Of a stretch of 64,000 bases of DNA, positions 36,126 to 49,477 are shown piece after piece (position 1 is the stretch's first letter; the number at the start of each line of letters is the position of its first letter). The translations under genes and the position numbers were made by a program. Origin of the DNA: Callorhinchus milii (taxonomy: Eukaryota); the NCBI RefSeq assembly GCF_018977255.1, contig NW_024704743.1, positions 111,106,001-111,170,000 on the forward strand, read 5' to 3'. Under the pieces are notes generated by a model that did not search any database, was not told where the DNA came from, and saw only the letters and a program-made list of their open reading frames with translations.

Positions 36126-37404
36126 TTGGGGGGGTCGATTAATTCAGAGCTGGGATTTGGGAATGCTTGTGTCAGCTGGTGCAAATCACTGTGATGCACC
36201 AGAGATATTCTCAGGACACATGACCTCTTCCTTCGGAGCACCAGGAACACAAACCCCAGGATGAGTGGCAGTGATCATCAAACAAACAAATTGAAGACAT
36301 CAAAACAAAAGAAACAGCAAAGTAGTGTAACTGTTGCTACATTACATTGATTACAGTTATTCCTTTCCTAGCTCCTCAGCCATGACTTTTCTTTATATCC
36401 AGAGTCCACTAAGATTTGTTGTACCTGCTCCCCCCAACCCCCCACCCCCTCCCCCACCACCACCCCAAATAGACCCACAGGTATATATTAACTGGATAAG
36501 GAACACCTCAAATTTTACCCCATAATATCTAATTTCCATCTTAACTCCCATTAATCCATGGGAACTGAGCTCCAGAACTAGACTGTGTTTGTACAAAATA
36601 CTGACTGCAAGAAGCAGAGCTCGGAGACATTATGAAGGGCGCTATATAAATCCCAGTTGTTGTTATAGAGCAGAAATCCCCATCCACATGAATCAAGTTC
36701 CTTATTTTGTTAAAAAGCACTGCAATTTTGGCCCCATTGAATCATAGAAATTACTGTGCTGGTGGAGGCCATTCATCCCATCGAGTATAAATTGATGTTG
36801 TCAAAATGGATTTAAGTTCTCCGTTTCCTCTTCTTTCCCCCCATCCTTTTACATTTGTCCTCTTCACATGTTTATCCAGAAACAGGAACCCGTTTAATCT
36901 TTTGAGGGAACAATGTACAAATTTTCTCCGAGCAAAAGAAAATGACAGAATATTGATCCGCACTCACACTGCCATTACTCAATCCTGCCCACATGCTTTC
37001 CACACATGACATTTCTGAGACATCGACAATGCCACAACTCCTTTTGTTCAACTGATAATGTGTTCTTTCTTTCCACACACAGCCCGCTTGCCACATGTCT
37101 GTACAGGACTCTTTTGATCCATTAAATGGCACAGCATTAGCTGCTTCTCGGACAAATCTATCAAGTTCTTTTCCAGAGATCTGTCACTCTGCAGGCAAGA
37201 TAAAAACATTCTTCCAGTCTCCAGTGATGCTGGATGGCTACTAATGTTTGTACAGTGCCCTTTAGCCCTTTCTATGCTCACATTCCAAGCCTGCACACGT
37301 CTACTTCATTTATATTTCTCAGCATTTTGAAGAGCTGAGTCATATCACCTCTCAGTTTTCTCTCTTCCAATGGAAAGCAGTTCCATTCTGTACCACAAAT
37401 GCTT

Positions 37405-37835
37405 CCTGACTTCCTCATCCTTGCCTACAAGGTCATTCAGGGCCTTGCTCCCTCCTACCTCTCCAACCTACTATCCCCCTACCTACCTGCCCGTAACCTC
37501 CGTTCCTCTGGCTCCGGTCTGCTCCACATCCCCCGCCCCAACCGCTCTACCATCGGTTGCCGGGCCTTCAGCCTCTCAGCCCCGAGGCTCTGGAAATCCA
37601 TCCCCCAGTGCCTTCGCCTTGTTTTCTCCCTTTCCTCTTTCAAGGCCGGTCTCAAGACCTTTCTCTTTGACCGTGCCTTCAGCTCCCCTCTCAACTCTCT
37701 ACCCCCTCCTCGCTCCCTCCCTTCTCTCCCCTCACCATTTCCCCCCTGCTCGGGTCCTGACCAAACTGTCCAGCGCTTTGGGACGTCCTCCCGATGTGAA
37801 AGGCGCTCTATAAATGGAATCTTGTTGTTGTTGTT
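37405..37835 (+). mobile_element. Young L2 3' fragment
   Basis: ORF 37399-37875: LILAYKVIQGLAPSYLS...LWKSIP...FKAGLKTFLFDRAF. Confidence 0.92.
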
Positions 37836-38399
37836 GACTTGTTTGAAAGCCTGTTCAGTATTGGGGAACATCTGATAGGATTTCAGGGATTTCGTGGCTG
37901 TTTGAGGGACATTACTGTGCGCACACTGGCTGCTACATTCACCTACAAAAATATAGTCACAGTAAATCTCAAAAGGTGAAGGAAGTTTTCCCAGAATTCT
38001 GGCCAACAATAACCCCCCTCCCCAAAATAAGTCATCCATACTCTCCACAGCTGTTTGTGGGACACCACTGTGTGCAAGTTGGCTGCCACATTTGCCCACA
38101 AAATACATAGTCACTACTTACAAATGTCATTTTGATGTTATACAATTTACAAAATATCCTGTGACGTTTTCCCACAATGAAAGGCACTAGGTTAAATGTA
38201 AGGAGTTGTCTTATGGTTATCATAGCTTTTCTACATCTTACAGCATCATTCTTCAGTAAAGGTAACAGATAAGATAAATAACATGACAATATATTTTTAT
38301 GGTCCAATATAGGAATTAAAGGGCCAGTCAATGTAAAATGTATTATTTTTGAGCTCTAATTATAGACAGAACACTATATGATTTCAGGATCTATGTTAC

Positions 38400-38710
38400 A
38401 TAATAATAATAATCCTTACATTTGATAAACTTTTCACATCTTCTAGACGTCTCAAAGCGCTTCACAGAATAGACTGTAGAGTGAATTGACTGTATATTTG
38501 AGGGCGAAAAATACAGCAGTTAATTATGCACAGCAGTGTCCCACAAACAGTTATGGTATGAAGTGACCAATTTATCATTTTATTTTCTTGAGGGATTATT
38601 ATCAGGTGTGTGGAGTAAGGAAACTTGCCCAAGGTTTCACCCTGCTGGGAATCAAACCCAGGTCTCTCGCTTGCAAAGCAAGTGCTCTAACCATTGAGCT
38701 ACAGGACTCG
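38400..38710 (-). mobile_element. tRNA SINE, short form
   Basis: Full head-to-tail match to the 1468 and 44730 copies. Confidence 0.9.
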
Positions 38711-40736
38711 ACTGGAAGTCCTGTAGATGGAATGACATACAATCTTGGAGGCATGACATTGAAACCAGGTAAGAAATAATCATGTCAATAATCTCATAAA
38801 ATGGTAACGTTGTACCTTGTAATTGGAATGAGCAGTTGCTGTGTTACAGTTCACAGGAACGCATGACCAAATGGTCACCACCATTATTTACAGGGAGGAC
38901 TGTCGGAGATGGTATAAGTCCAGAGTCTTGAGGTGCAATGTGGTAGCTGCAGCTATGCTGTTGCTGAGTGGTTTAAGCTGGGAACACTTAGGTATTGACG
39001 AGCTCCTGTTTAGCATTATCACTAGTGTCTGCCTTTGCTGCAGAGTGGAACTCGGTTTGCTGCACTCCACTGGAAAGGGAACACCATTCCTGATGGCAGA
39101 GGCACACGGAGTTCAACAAAACACCCCAAAAATGCAAAGAGCATTGATGGATTTGATACGTTGTGCTGAAGGTTGAAGTGGCAGAGGCTAGACTGTGGCC
39201 TCAGTGACGGGTGGTAAGCGGATGAAGCTGATAGCAGCTTCGCACTAGCACGATTCAGATTCAGCTCCATTGAAGACAAATCCCAAGTGCACCTATTGAC
39301 TGAATATTCATGGTTCCTCCTGCAGACACTTATACATATTGAAGCTGTCAATAGTGTGACACAATTTAATCTGACTTCCCTAAGCATCCTCATTGTGCTG
39401 ATAAAGATATTTTAAAGCTAGTCTCATTACACCAATACAATCAGACTGTATAACCATGCATGGCACTTAAGAGTAACGATTTTCTTTTCTTGGTATTTAT
39501 TTTTCATTATGATGACTTGGCACTGGAAACAAAATCCTTTGTTCTGTACTTCCTGTATTTTAACAGTGAACCATGTTTAATCGTTCCGTAAAACAGAAAT
39601 CTGCAGAAAGCAGTATTTTCAGGATTGATTACCTGAAAGCACATTGTGGCAGCACCCAGAGAGGCCACACAAACTGTAATAGCTGACAGGCACCTAGTAC
39701 ACACAGCTTCAGGAAATGTGCTGACTTGGTGTAAGAAGCACGGCACATCTGGGGAGCAGTGAAATCATGAACCGCCTTTATAGACTCATCCGTAGAAGAC
39801 ACATCTTGCTTCTTCTGTACTTTATTTGTACTCTTTGTACGCTCACCCACAAAACAGTCAATGCACTTTTTAGTATACCCTGTGAAGTCGTTCTGGATGT
39901 CCTGATGTGAAAGCCGCTATACCAAAAGTGAGGGTTAGTATTACTATTATTTATTAGCAATTCACCAGATGACATGCATTTCAATCACACTGCTATCCCC
40001 ACGCTGCTATCCCCATGAGACCCCACGCTATCTATGTGGGGTCATTCTGCTCTATCCCTTTAGATATATTTTATTACATGAAACAGTATAGTAACTTTCA
40101 GAAGAAATGTTGTGAAGAATTATGGTTATAAATAACAAGTGGTACAGAACTAAACACATACATGCAACTTAGCCAGCAAAGTCTCAATGAAGCAAAAATT
40201 AAAATGTTGTCATGGGAGACAATAGGGGAAGTTACAACAAGAATTAAATATTGGATCTTAACATCACCAACTGAGCTAACAAGGTCACTCGATTTGCAAA
40301 GGATCAAAAAAAAGGAAGAAACTGCATAATGATGAAACTGGTCTGAAGGTCAATGTGTCCCAGCTCGCTTTAACCAGTGATCATTGGCCAAATTACTGCT
40401 CCATGCATCTCTGCTTCTTTGCTGATTGTCTGCTCTGCTGGGGAAGTTGATCAAGATGGGATCCTCTCTGTTTCTCCAGCCAAAGAAGGGAAGAGAATGG
40501 CATTGGGCAGGCAGCAAGCTAATCCCAGCTATTGGAAAGCCAAATGACATAGAACTATTGACTGATCATTTTGTTTGTCTTCCTGTGGCTTGGCTTCCAC
40601 TTAGCAATCACCAATTTTACTCCATGAGAATCGCACGCCAGTGCCCGCCCTATCACTCAGTATACAGTGAGCAGCTCTCAAGCAATGTCTTGGAGCGCTT
40701 AAAATCAGCTGGTCTTGGCTCCTTCATCATTTACTA

Positions 40737-41180
40737 CAACAATAACAACTTGCACTTACATAGCGCTCTCCATGCAGGGTAGTGTCTCAGACCGCCTAAC
40801 AGTGGCGGAGCCTGACTCCGAACTGGGGTGGGATGGGTGACTGTAAGCACGGTCAAAATGGAAGGTTTTCAGGCGGCTCTTGAAAAGGGGGAGGGAGGGG
40901 TGAAGGCCGAGGGGATTGAGGGAGAGTGTTCCAGAGTTTTGGGGTGTAGTGGCTGAATGCCAACCTCCAATGGTGGAGTGGAGGGTGCGAGGGACAAGCA
41001 GGAGGCTGTTGTCAGTTGAGCGGACACGCCAGGTGATGGATTGGGGAGTGAGGAGGTTGGAGAGGTAGGGAGGTATCAGGGAGTGAAGGGATTTGAACAC
41101 AAGTGTGAGGATCGTGAAGTTGATGGGGAGTAAGTGGAGCCTGGCCATAACTGGGGAAATAGGGGTTTGGTCTGGGTAAG
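40737..41180 (-). mobile_element. Older L2 subfamily, 3' fragment
   Basis: LVFKSLHSLIPPYLSNLL...FKSRLKTFHFDRAY, tail. Confidence 0.85.
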
Positions 41181-41709
41181 TATGCGGACAGCAGAGTAGT
41201 GTCTGTGTGTGGTGGTCAGGTGAGGATACCTTCCACAATCAAGGCTTTTGTTCATATGTGAGTCCTGGCAGTCTATGGTGAAAGTTACTTGACTGTGAAG
41301 GGTAACCAGAGCCTGGAGAACCACATCCCAGCAGGAGGCGGCTGGGGACTTGGAGCAAAGAGGTACGTACTTGCCAGTGGGGATAACATTTAAAGCTTTT
41401 TTTTAAGAAAATAAATATACAACAGGTAAAGAGGCCAAACATAACTTTGACCAAATGGTAAGCTTTTTTAAAAACCTGCGTGAAATCGATAGCTTACTCA
41501 TGACTCTGAGACAACCTACCCGGAATAAGGAAATCTCTTTGAAATTGCTCCCCCAGATGTCAGTTGGTGACTAGATTATTCTGTTCATTGAAACTGACCC
41601 ATACAGGCCAGAAGGTTACAGGTTCAATTACAGGTCCGTTAGCTTCAGAGAGGAAACAATTCAATCAGAGCCAACGTTCTGTCACGGTTACCCTACACTT
41701 ACAGTCTTT

Positions 41710-42365
41710 TGTAATGTGTCAATAATTTGTATATATAACTATTTAATATTATTTAAGGGAAGTGGGGAGGGCTGTCCCTTTAAATGGGCTCTGTTGGAGA
41801 AGCTGCTTTGCAGAGTTAGCAAGCAGAGCACAGGAGCTGCAACAGTGCATAGGTCCAGGGCTGTTTGATTGACAGTCAGCTAACAACACAGAGCTGACAA
41901 GCAGCTTGCAAAGTAAAATAACAGGTGAGCTCTGGCAAGGGAAAAACCCGCGCATTCGCATCATACGGTGGCGGAGCACACACGCCTATATACAGCAACG
42001 CTAACCGCTCCTTGTGGTCGTTGTCTAATGGTCGTCATCCAGTACGTACTGACGTGTGCAAGACTACTGTACAGTCAGGTTGGTTTAATATGTATTTACT
42101 GATATTACTTACCACTATATTGTGCTGCCAGTTCTTATAGTTATGTGTGATAGTTATGTTTTGATCCCATTGTTGTATATCTCCCATTGTTGTGATCCTT
42201 ATTTGCCAGGTAGTCGAGGATTGCTGGGTTTTAATAAAGAGCTGTTGTTTCTGCTGAACTTAACCTCGAGTCTCTGTAGTATTCTGACCAAGAAAAGGAG
42301 TAAGCACTTCGGAGAGTAGTTGTCTAATCAGAGATCTACTAGTGCAAGCAAACTCCAATTAGACA
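41710..42365 (+). mobile_element. Candidate solo LTR
   Basis: TGTAAT...ATTAGACA termini, TTTAAA at 41779, AATAAA at 42233, CpG-retaining interior; no clear TSD. Confidence 0.45.
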
Positions 42366-44729
42366 TTCCAGTTACTGGGCATTCGAGTTAACTGGGACTA
42401 CTGGTCAGTGTGTGAATCTGACTTGGTTGGGTCACCTTTGAAATGAAGACTCAGACTGACAGGGTTAGGAGAGAAGCACAGTACACTTAGTACGAAAGAG
42501 TTAATAAAATTTGCATATACATCAAGGAGTGAAAACCGCCGCAGAACCATCATTGCTTTTGATGCCCTATCTGTGGACATTGGATTGAGAAAGGGATTAT
42601 GTTCTAGTGTGTCTCCCCACCGCCCACCCCATGGTCAAAAAGCTTGTTGGGTTCAAGCACAAAGTGTGGTCTAGGTTCAAGTACAAAGAATGGCCATTTG
42701 GATGAATTATCAGAGGGTGGCTAGCACTGATGGAACTCCAGCCCAGCATGAGGCAACATCTTTAGGAAAGGAAGTGAGAAAACTGAGTGGGAAAATAAAC
42801 AAAAAAAAGCTGTGCAATAAATGTGCAGATGGTGTTTGATGCTAAATGTACAAATATTCCATCCTACATTATAACCAAAGGGAGTAGTGTATATTCTCCT
42901 CAGCTCATTCCTAACAGATGGTGTTCCTCCAGTGGCCTATGCTAACATGTGCCGCTCTATGCAACATTTGTCTTTCACTGTCACTTCAGTTCATCCCTTC
43001 TTTATCTGATATCTAGAGCAACAACAGTAACAACATCTTTGGAAAGAGGTTGTCATGTTCTCCCTTTGATAATCTCTAGTGGGCATTCCCAAAAAGCCAG
43101 TCCTGACGGCTGACAACCGCAAAGACGTTCCAGCTTCTGAGTGGAACATTTCCAATTTCTATTCCTGTACTCAACAGCTTTACTCAGTTCAGCGAAGCAA
43201 GCACATCCAGCGGTTTGAAATAACTGCAGAACCATCACTTTGATATTTTTGCCATGCCCTTTAATATTTCACTTCAGCTCATTTCGAATTGGCTGCCATG
43301 TTTTGTCCACAAAATATACAGTCAACTCACTTTAAAGTATAATCTGAGAAGCCTTTGAGATGTCTTGAAAATGCTATACAAAATGCAAGGATTATTACTG
43401 TTATTGTTATTTGCAAATCTTTGTGACAAAAATATTTGTGTTCGCAAAGTATTTTAGCAAAAACCTTTAACTTTCAATGAATAATGAGATCCTTTAGCAG
43501 CATGTGACTGTTACAGTCAATACCAGAAGGTAAAATTAAAGGGTTACGAGGGAAAATATAACCAAGAAGTGAGTGGTACCTTTGTGGAATGAATTATGCT
43601 AGTGGAGCCAGAATAATGTTGAAGAACCTGGATTGTGGGCATTGTGTTGGATTTAATTTAAGTGGTTCAGCGATGGCAAAATCTACAAGTCAAAAGTCAA
43701 TTACGTTAATGTGGGAGAGTAGCCGAGGCATAGTTGTTCAGAGTTTGATTGTATAATTGAACAGTACATCATAAAAGCCTCTCAATCCCTGAAGTAAGGT
43801 CGTCGGTCATATTGCACTATTCCATTTCCTGCTTTCAATCACATAATTTCTCAATTTCCCCTGTTCCAGCCCATCCAGAGACAGAAGATAAATGTTCGAT
43901 AAGTTCAGCCTTTGAATCTGGAATAGGAGAGGGGACGGCTCCAATGTGGAACGTCTTAGTATCCTTCATAGCTAGATTGTGAGAGACGATGAATCTCCAT
44001 CAAATAACCCGATTCATATCTTGTTCCTAACAGTAAAGAACGTAGGATGAACAGATACCTTTGACTGCAATAGCAATAGACCTCAGGCACATTCCCTTAC
44101 CAAATGGCCAATGGCGGCTGTATTCATCCTCTTGTCCAAATGCGCAGCACCATCACTAACCCACTAAGAGATGGATACGTACTGTTACAGCAAAATAAAT
44201 TCTTCCCTTATAAATTTGAAGGAGCTTTAACTTCTCTGATCTGACCAATACCATACTGGTATGTGGGGTGAGGCTAATGCACGATACAAATATACACCCA
44301 TAATGTAGGATCTTTCCACTTTAACTCCATTGTCAAAGTCACTGCATTTAGCAGGATGAAGAATTTCTCACTCCTCGAATTTTGGCAGATGGGTGTTTGA
44401 CAATGTAACAGCGATGGGGCACCTGTCTAGATTCACCAAGGTTTATTGTTAAGAATATTAATTTGATCTATTTGGACCAGTTCTGTTTATTACTTGGACT
44501 TAGTGTTCATTCCTTCTGGATGTATGACATAAGAGACAGATGAACGAGAGCATTTATAGCCAATTATTGTTAAAGTCACTCTATACATAGTAAACACCAA
44601 TGAATGCTTTACACTTACACCAGTATAATCCATCTCAGCGAATTTTGCGTGAGCTTAGAGTGGATATAGGAGTTCTAATATCTTTCAGATCATTAATAAT
44701 TTGTTAATAGTATATGACTAGTAATTTTG

Positions 44730-45048
44730 TAATAATAATAATAATCCTTGCATTTGATATAGCGCTTTTCATGTCGGGAGGACGTCCCAAAGCGCTTCAC
44801 AGAACACACTGTAAAGTGAATTGACTGTATATTTGTGGGCGAACGCGGCAGCCAATTGCGCACAGCAATGTCCCACAAACAGTCGTAGATTGAAAATGAC
44901 CAATTTATTATTGTTTTTGGTTTTGGAAGGATTATTATTAGGTGTGTGGAGTAAGGAAACTTGCCCAAGGTTTTGCCCTGCCTGGAATTGAACTCAGGTC
45001 TTTCACTTGTAAAGCGAGTGCTCTAACCACTGAGCTACAGGACTCCAC
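44730..45048 (-). mobile_element. Young tRNA SINE, short form, full length
   Basis: Intact A/B boxes and tail. Confidence 0.93.
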
Positions 45049-46371
45049 AATACTCCCCTAATAGTCTATAATTTCCCAATTCCCTATCATTAGTTCATTT
45101 GAGAGGAATATTTCTGGAAATATTGAAGGTTGTTTTGCTGTGTTTGCTCAGAAAGTCGGATTCACTGATGCAGGATGCTGGGCTATTCTGTTCCATGTGC
45201 CAACTTTAGTCGGTTTATTGCAATGTGATGTGAGCAACTGTAATATAACCTTGCATGCGTAGTTTCATTTTATATTTATAATATGGTTTAGTTCAGAATT
45301 TTAAAATTGCGTTGGTTATTCACAACAACAGAATCGGCTAAACTTGAGGGCTAAGTTAAATAAATGTGCTCCAAATTTTTTGAGACAGTGATTGATGATG
45401 ACAGTGACCAATGGCACTGTACAATTACCAATGTGGGCATGTTTTAAATGCCAGTCAGTTCATACAATATATCCTGAAGCACTATTGCTTTAATAGTTCT
45501 TCCTTGTGATTCATATTAATCTCTGCTAGAAACCATTACAGCAATGTGCATTGGAAATGCATATATGAAAAAACTAAGAATATCAAGCATGGAAACACTT
45601 ACCTGTGGGGTTCTCACGTCAGCTTGCTTATTGGAGTAATGAAATGGGTCCATTTTCTGCCATTTTCCTCAGGGGATGAATCCTAAATACAAAGTTTAAC
45701 TTCATTGAGTAGAGTAAGATATGCCAAAGGATATCCTTAGTTATCTCATTTACAGGACTTTGAGTACTAGGTAGCAGCACTTGGCTGGTGTCATTATGAC
45801 TTTGGCATTTAGCTCTAAGTGACAGTAAGAAAGAACCATGATGTTTATAGTACTGTAGGGGCATGGGGTTGTCATGGAAAAAGCAGTCGATTACAGGCAC
45901 AGTAGCGAACAAAATAAGTCAAGATTATCAGGGCCCCAATGTTAGGAGGTCCAATTGTCGTCCAGCTTTCCTGTCCTCTTGGAGTCAACAGTCTTGTTCT
46001 TTGCTCCCAGCTCCATCCCTTGTACACCGAGAATGTGAGCCACACATTGCCTGCTCTCAGATTGCTCACACCCCGTCCCCAGCTGTTCCTACTGCAATGC
46101 CAGAGGCCAGGAATTCAGCAGCAGGAGTGCCATCCCGGTGTTCCCCACTCAAGAAGCAGTTGCTGGTGACCTCGGCCGGCCTGACAAGATTCACATGATT
46201 TTAAAGTAAAGGCTAGTGACTATAAAGGTTATAATTTATAGGGAGTCAATTTGAACACAGCAATGTTCCATAGGCAGCCATGAAGCGAATGACTAATTGT
46301 ATCTGGGGGATTGGTGGCAAGACATTAGGAGAAACTCCTTTCTCCTTTCGAAACGTGCCACGAGATCTTTA

Positions 46372-46760
46372 TAATAATAATAATGATCCTTAAATTTGAT
46401 ATAGCTCCTTATCGTGTCTTCGAGACTTCTCAAAGCATTTCACAGAATGTACTGTAAAGTGAATTGACTGTATATTTTGTGAGCAAAATGTGGCAGCCAA
46501 TTGCACCAGCAGTGCCCAACAAACAGTCGTGGATTGAGTGACTGACTTTTTGTAAACAAAATATATTTTTAGAAAGGATTATTACCATCGGAAAAGTGAT
46601 CCGCCAATTAATTAACAACCGGGTTCCTATTTTCCTGCTAGCTAAACAGAGGCATGTGGAGTAAGGAAACTTGCCCAACATTTTGCCCTTCCTCGGAAGT
46701 GAACCCATGTCCTCTGACTTGCGAGGCAAGTGCTCTAACCACTGAGCTGCAGGACTTCAC
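46372..46760 (-). mobile_element. tRNA SINE, long form, inserted into a Deu-SINE (46245-46830)
   Basis: Host Deu core flanks both sides; TCTTT occurs on both sides as a possible TSD. Confidence 0.85.
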
Positions 46761-46931
46761 TTCTTTGCGATCTGGTACACAGGGCCACAATTTAATGTCT
46801 CATCTGAAGGACAAGATATCTATGCTGAAGAAATGATTTGTATGTTGAAGATCAAATTCCTTCAGTAGCTACAAAAGAAGTGGCTATCCTGCTGTAGGAC
46901 ACTTCTCTTGTCTTGACCAGCAATCCTTAGG

Positions 46932-47170
46932 TTGGGCAAGTTTCCTTACTCCACACAGAGCCTAATAATAATCCCTCCAAAAGAAAACAATAATAAATTG
47001 GTCATTTTCAATCTACGACTGTTTGTGGGACATTGCTGTGCGCAATTGGCTGCCGCGTTCGCCCACAAATATACAGTCAATTCACTTTACAGTGTGTTCT
47101 GTGAAGCGCTTTGGGACGTCCTTCTGACGTGAAAAGCGCTATATCAAATGCAAGGATTATTATTATTATA
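46932..47170 (+). mobile_element. Young SINE short form, 5'-truncated
   Basis: Near-identical to the 44730 copy. Confidence 0.9.
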
Positions 47171-47394
47171 ATTGGTCATTCACCTCAAGGAACTTTCTGG
47201 TATAAATGGCTGACAGATTTGCCAACAAAAAACGGTCACGATACTTGACATTAATTGTTGGCAAACACTTTCATATGCTTTGACCTATAAGGCAATATAA
47301 AAATGCAGGTTCTTTGTTTTCTACGAGCAGATTGCAGTTTGAAGACTAGTTGCTGTGTGGAGTATCTCTCCTAGGATCCTCCTCTTTGATCGTG

Positions 47395-47540
47395 CCTTCA
47401 GTCATTCTCCCACCTCTCAGCCTTCCCTCACCCCTACCCCATCCCTCCCCTATGCTCGGGTCCTGACCCCTAACTTTCCAGCGCCTTGGGACGTCCTCCT
47501 GATGTGAAAGGCGCTCTATAAATGTAATTTTGTTGTTGTA
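47395..47540 (+). mobile_element. L2 3'UTR/tail
   Basis: Hairpin and (TTG)n. Confidence 0.8.
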
Positions 47541-47599
47541 GGAAGGATCCAGTCTCTTGCTGAATTCCAACAGCTCCCATCACTCACCAAATATCAATA

Positions 47600-48837
47600 C
47601 ATGTCCTTACACTATATATATGTTCCTACTTAACCAACCGCCTCCATTATATCAGCAAGTGGTTTCTCCTCCACCCCCGCCTGGTCACCTGCAGGATACC
47701 CCAGGGTTTTGGCCCTCTTTTTTCCTTATCTATACGCTCCATCTGGGCGATGTCATCCGCAGACACAGGATAAACTTCCACATGTATGTGGATGACACGC
47801 AAATCTATTTTGCCTCCTCCAGTACCACTCCAAGTCCGCCAATGTTCTATCAGCTTGTCTGGCAGACATGAAGGCTTGGATGAGTGTAAACTTCCTGCAG
47901 CTGAATATGGACAAGATGGAAGCCATACTCCTTGGCTCCCTCCCGAAAAAGTCTTCACTCCTGTGGATCTAAACTCTTCAACCTCCCTGGGCTCTCCCTG
48001 AGACTCACCGAAACAGTGCACAACCTAGGCATCCGGTTCAACCCCCAGTTGTCCTTCCTCCCCCACATCCGGTCCCTGACCAGGACTGCCTTCTTCCACC
48101 TCCATCACATTGCCGGCCTCCGAATGTACCTTACCCCAAATGCAGCCGAAACCCTTGTGCATGTGTTTGTCACCTCCGGCTTAGATTACTCAAAGCACTC
48201 CTCGCTCCACAATTCCAAAGATCCAGCTCATTCAGAACTCTGCCGCCTGCACACTGACCTGGACCAAACTCTGTAACCACATCTCACCACCAACAACAAC
48301 AACAACAAGATTCCATTTATAAAGCGCCTTTCACGTCAGGAGGACGTCCAGTTTGGCCAGCTCGACTAGCTCCCCATCACCAAACAAATCGAATTCAAAT
48401 TGTGTTCAAATCCATTCACTCTCTGGCACTTCCCTACTTCTTCGAACTCCTCACTCCCCAATCCAACACCCAGCGCCTCCGCTCGACTGGCACTGGTCTC
48501 CTGCTCATCCCTCGCACCCTCTGCCCCACCATCAGAGGTCGTGCTTTCAGCCATTTTTCCCCAAAACTCTGGAACACTCTCGCTCAATACTTCCGCCTTA
48601 CTCCCTCTCTTCCCTCTTTCAAGTCCCACCTGAAAACTTTCCTCTTCAACCGTTCTTATGAACATCTCCCCACTTCCCCCTCCCCCTGGCTCGGAGTCAA
48701 GCTCTGCCACTATTAAGCTTTTTGAGATGACACCCTGCTTGGAGGGTGCTGTATAACAACAAAAGCTTGCATTTATATAGTGCCCTCCATTCCGGGTGGT
48801 GTCTCAAAGCGCTTAAGTGCAAGTTGTTGTTGTTGTT
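47600..48837 (+). mobile_element. Older L2 with RT remnants, carrying two antisense tail-only insertions (48291-48350, 48757-48813)
   Basis: FHMYVDDTQIY, HNLGIRFNPQLSF, KLWNTL, FKSHLKTFLF. Confidence 0.88.
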
Positions 48838-49463
48838 ACACTAGCCTGGCTCGGGAAGGGATATTACACATTTAACCTTCGGCTTCAAAAACAGCACTGA
48901 CTGATAAGCACAAGCCACCAGAGAGATGTGCATTGCATCTTCCTGCTGATCAATAATAGGTTTTGAGAAAATTTGTGACATACTCAAAAGAATCCAGAGC
49001 TAATACTCAGCCTCTTAGCAAAATGGAACTGAAACATGCTGCACTGGTGGTTGCAATAATAAGAGTATTTCCACATTGCTGCATAGCAGTGAAATCAAAT
49101 GAAATTATCCTACAGAGATAATATTTCAGCCAAGGTGCCTGCAGAGAAAAAGAAAAATGAGCAATGAACGTAGCCAAACTAGTTGGACAAGATTCATGCT
49201 CTCGATTTCTTCATCCCCAATTCCATTAAACTGAGAATATTTAAGCCTCCATTTAATTACCGTATATTAATCAAAGTTAATTTGTTTTTTAATATAATTT
49301 CTGCCGCACTAAGCCTTCCCTGCTCTTGTTCGGTAATGAAGGTTTGGAAGCAGCTTCCAACATCGTTTCAAGTAAAGACTATGGGGATGGTGTCACGCTT
49401 TGAGGTTACTGGTACTGTATCTTGCTAATCTGATACTGACTGTGCCTTGTTCTGCTGCTCCAT

Positions 49464-49477
49464 GTTGCCATGGCTAC
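49464..49477 (+). promoter_or_regulatory. RFX X-box motif in a repeat-free block
   Basis: GTTGCCATGGCTAC, one mismatch from the palindrome GTTGCCATGGCAAC. Confidence 0.4.

Noticed and set aside
38841..39393. Overlapping 111-aa and 123-aa ORFs
   Set aside because: No recognisable domain or splice support; may be a decayed transposon.
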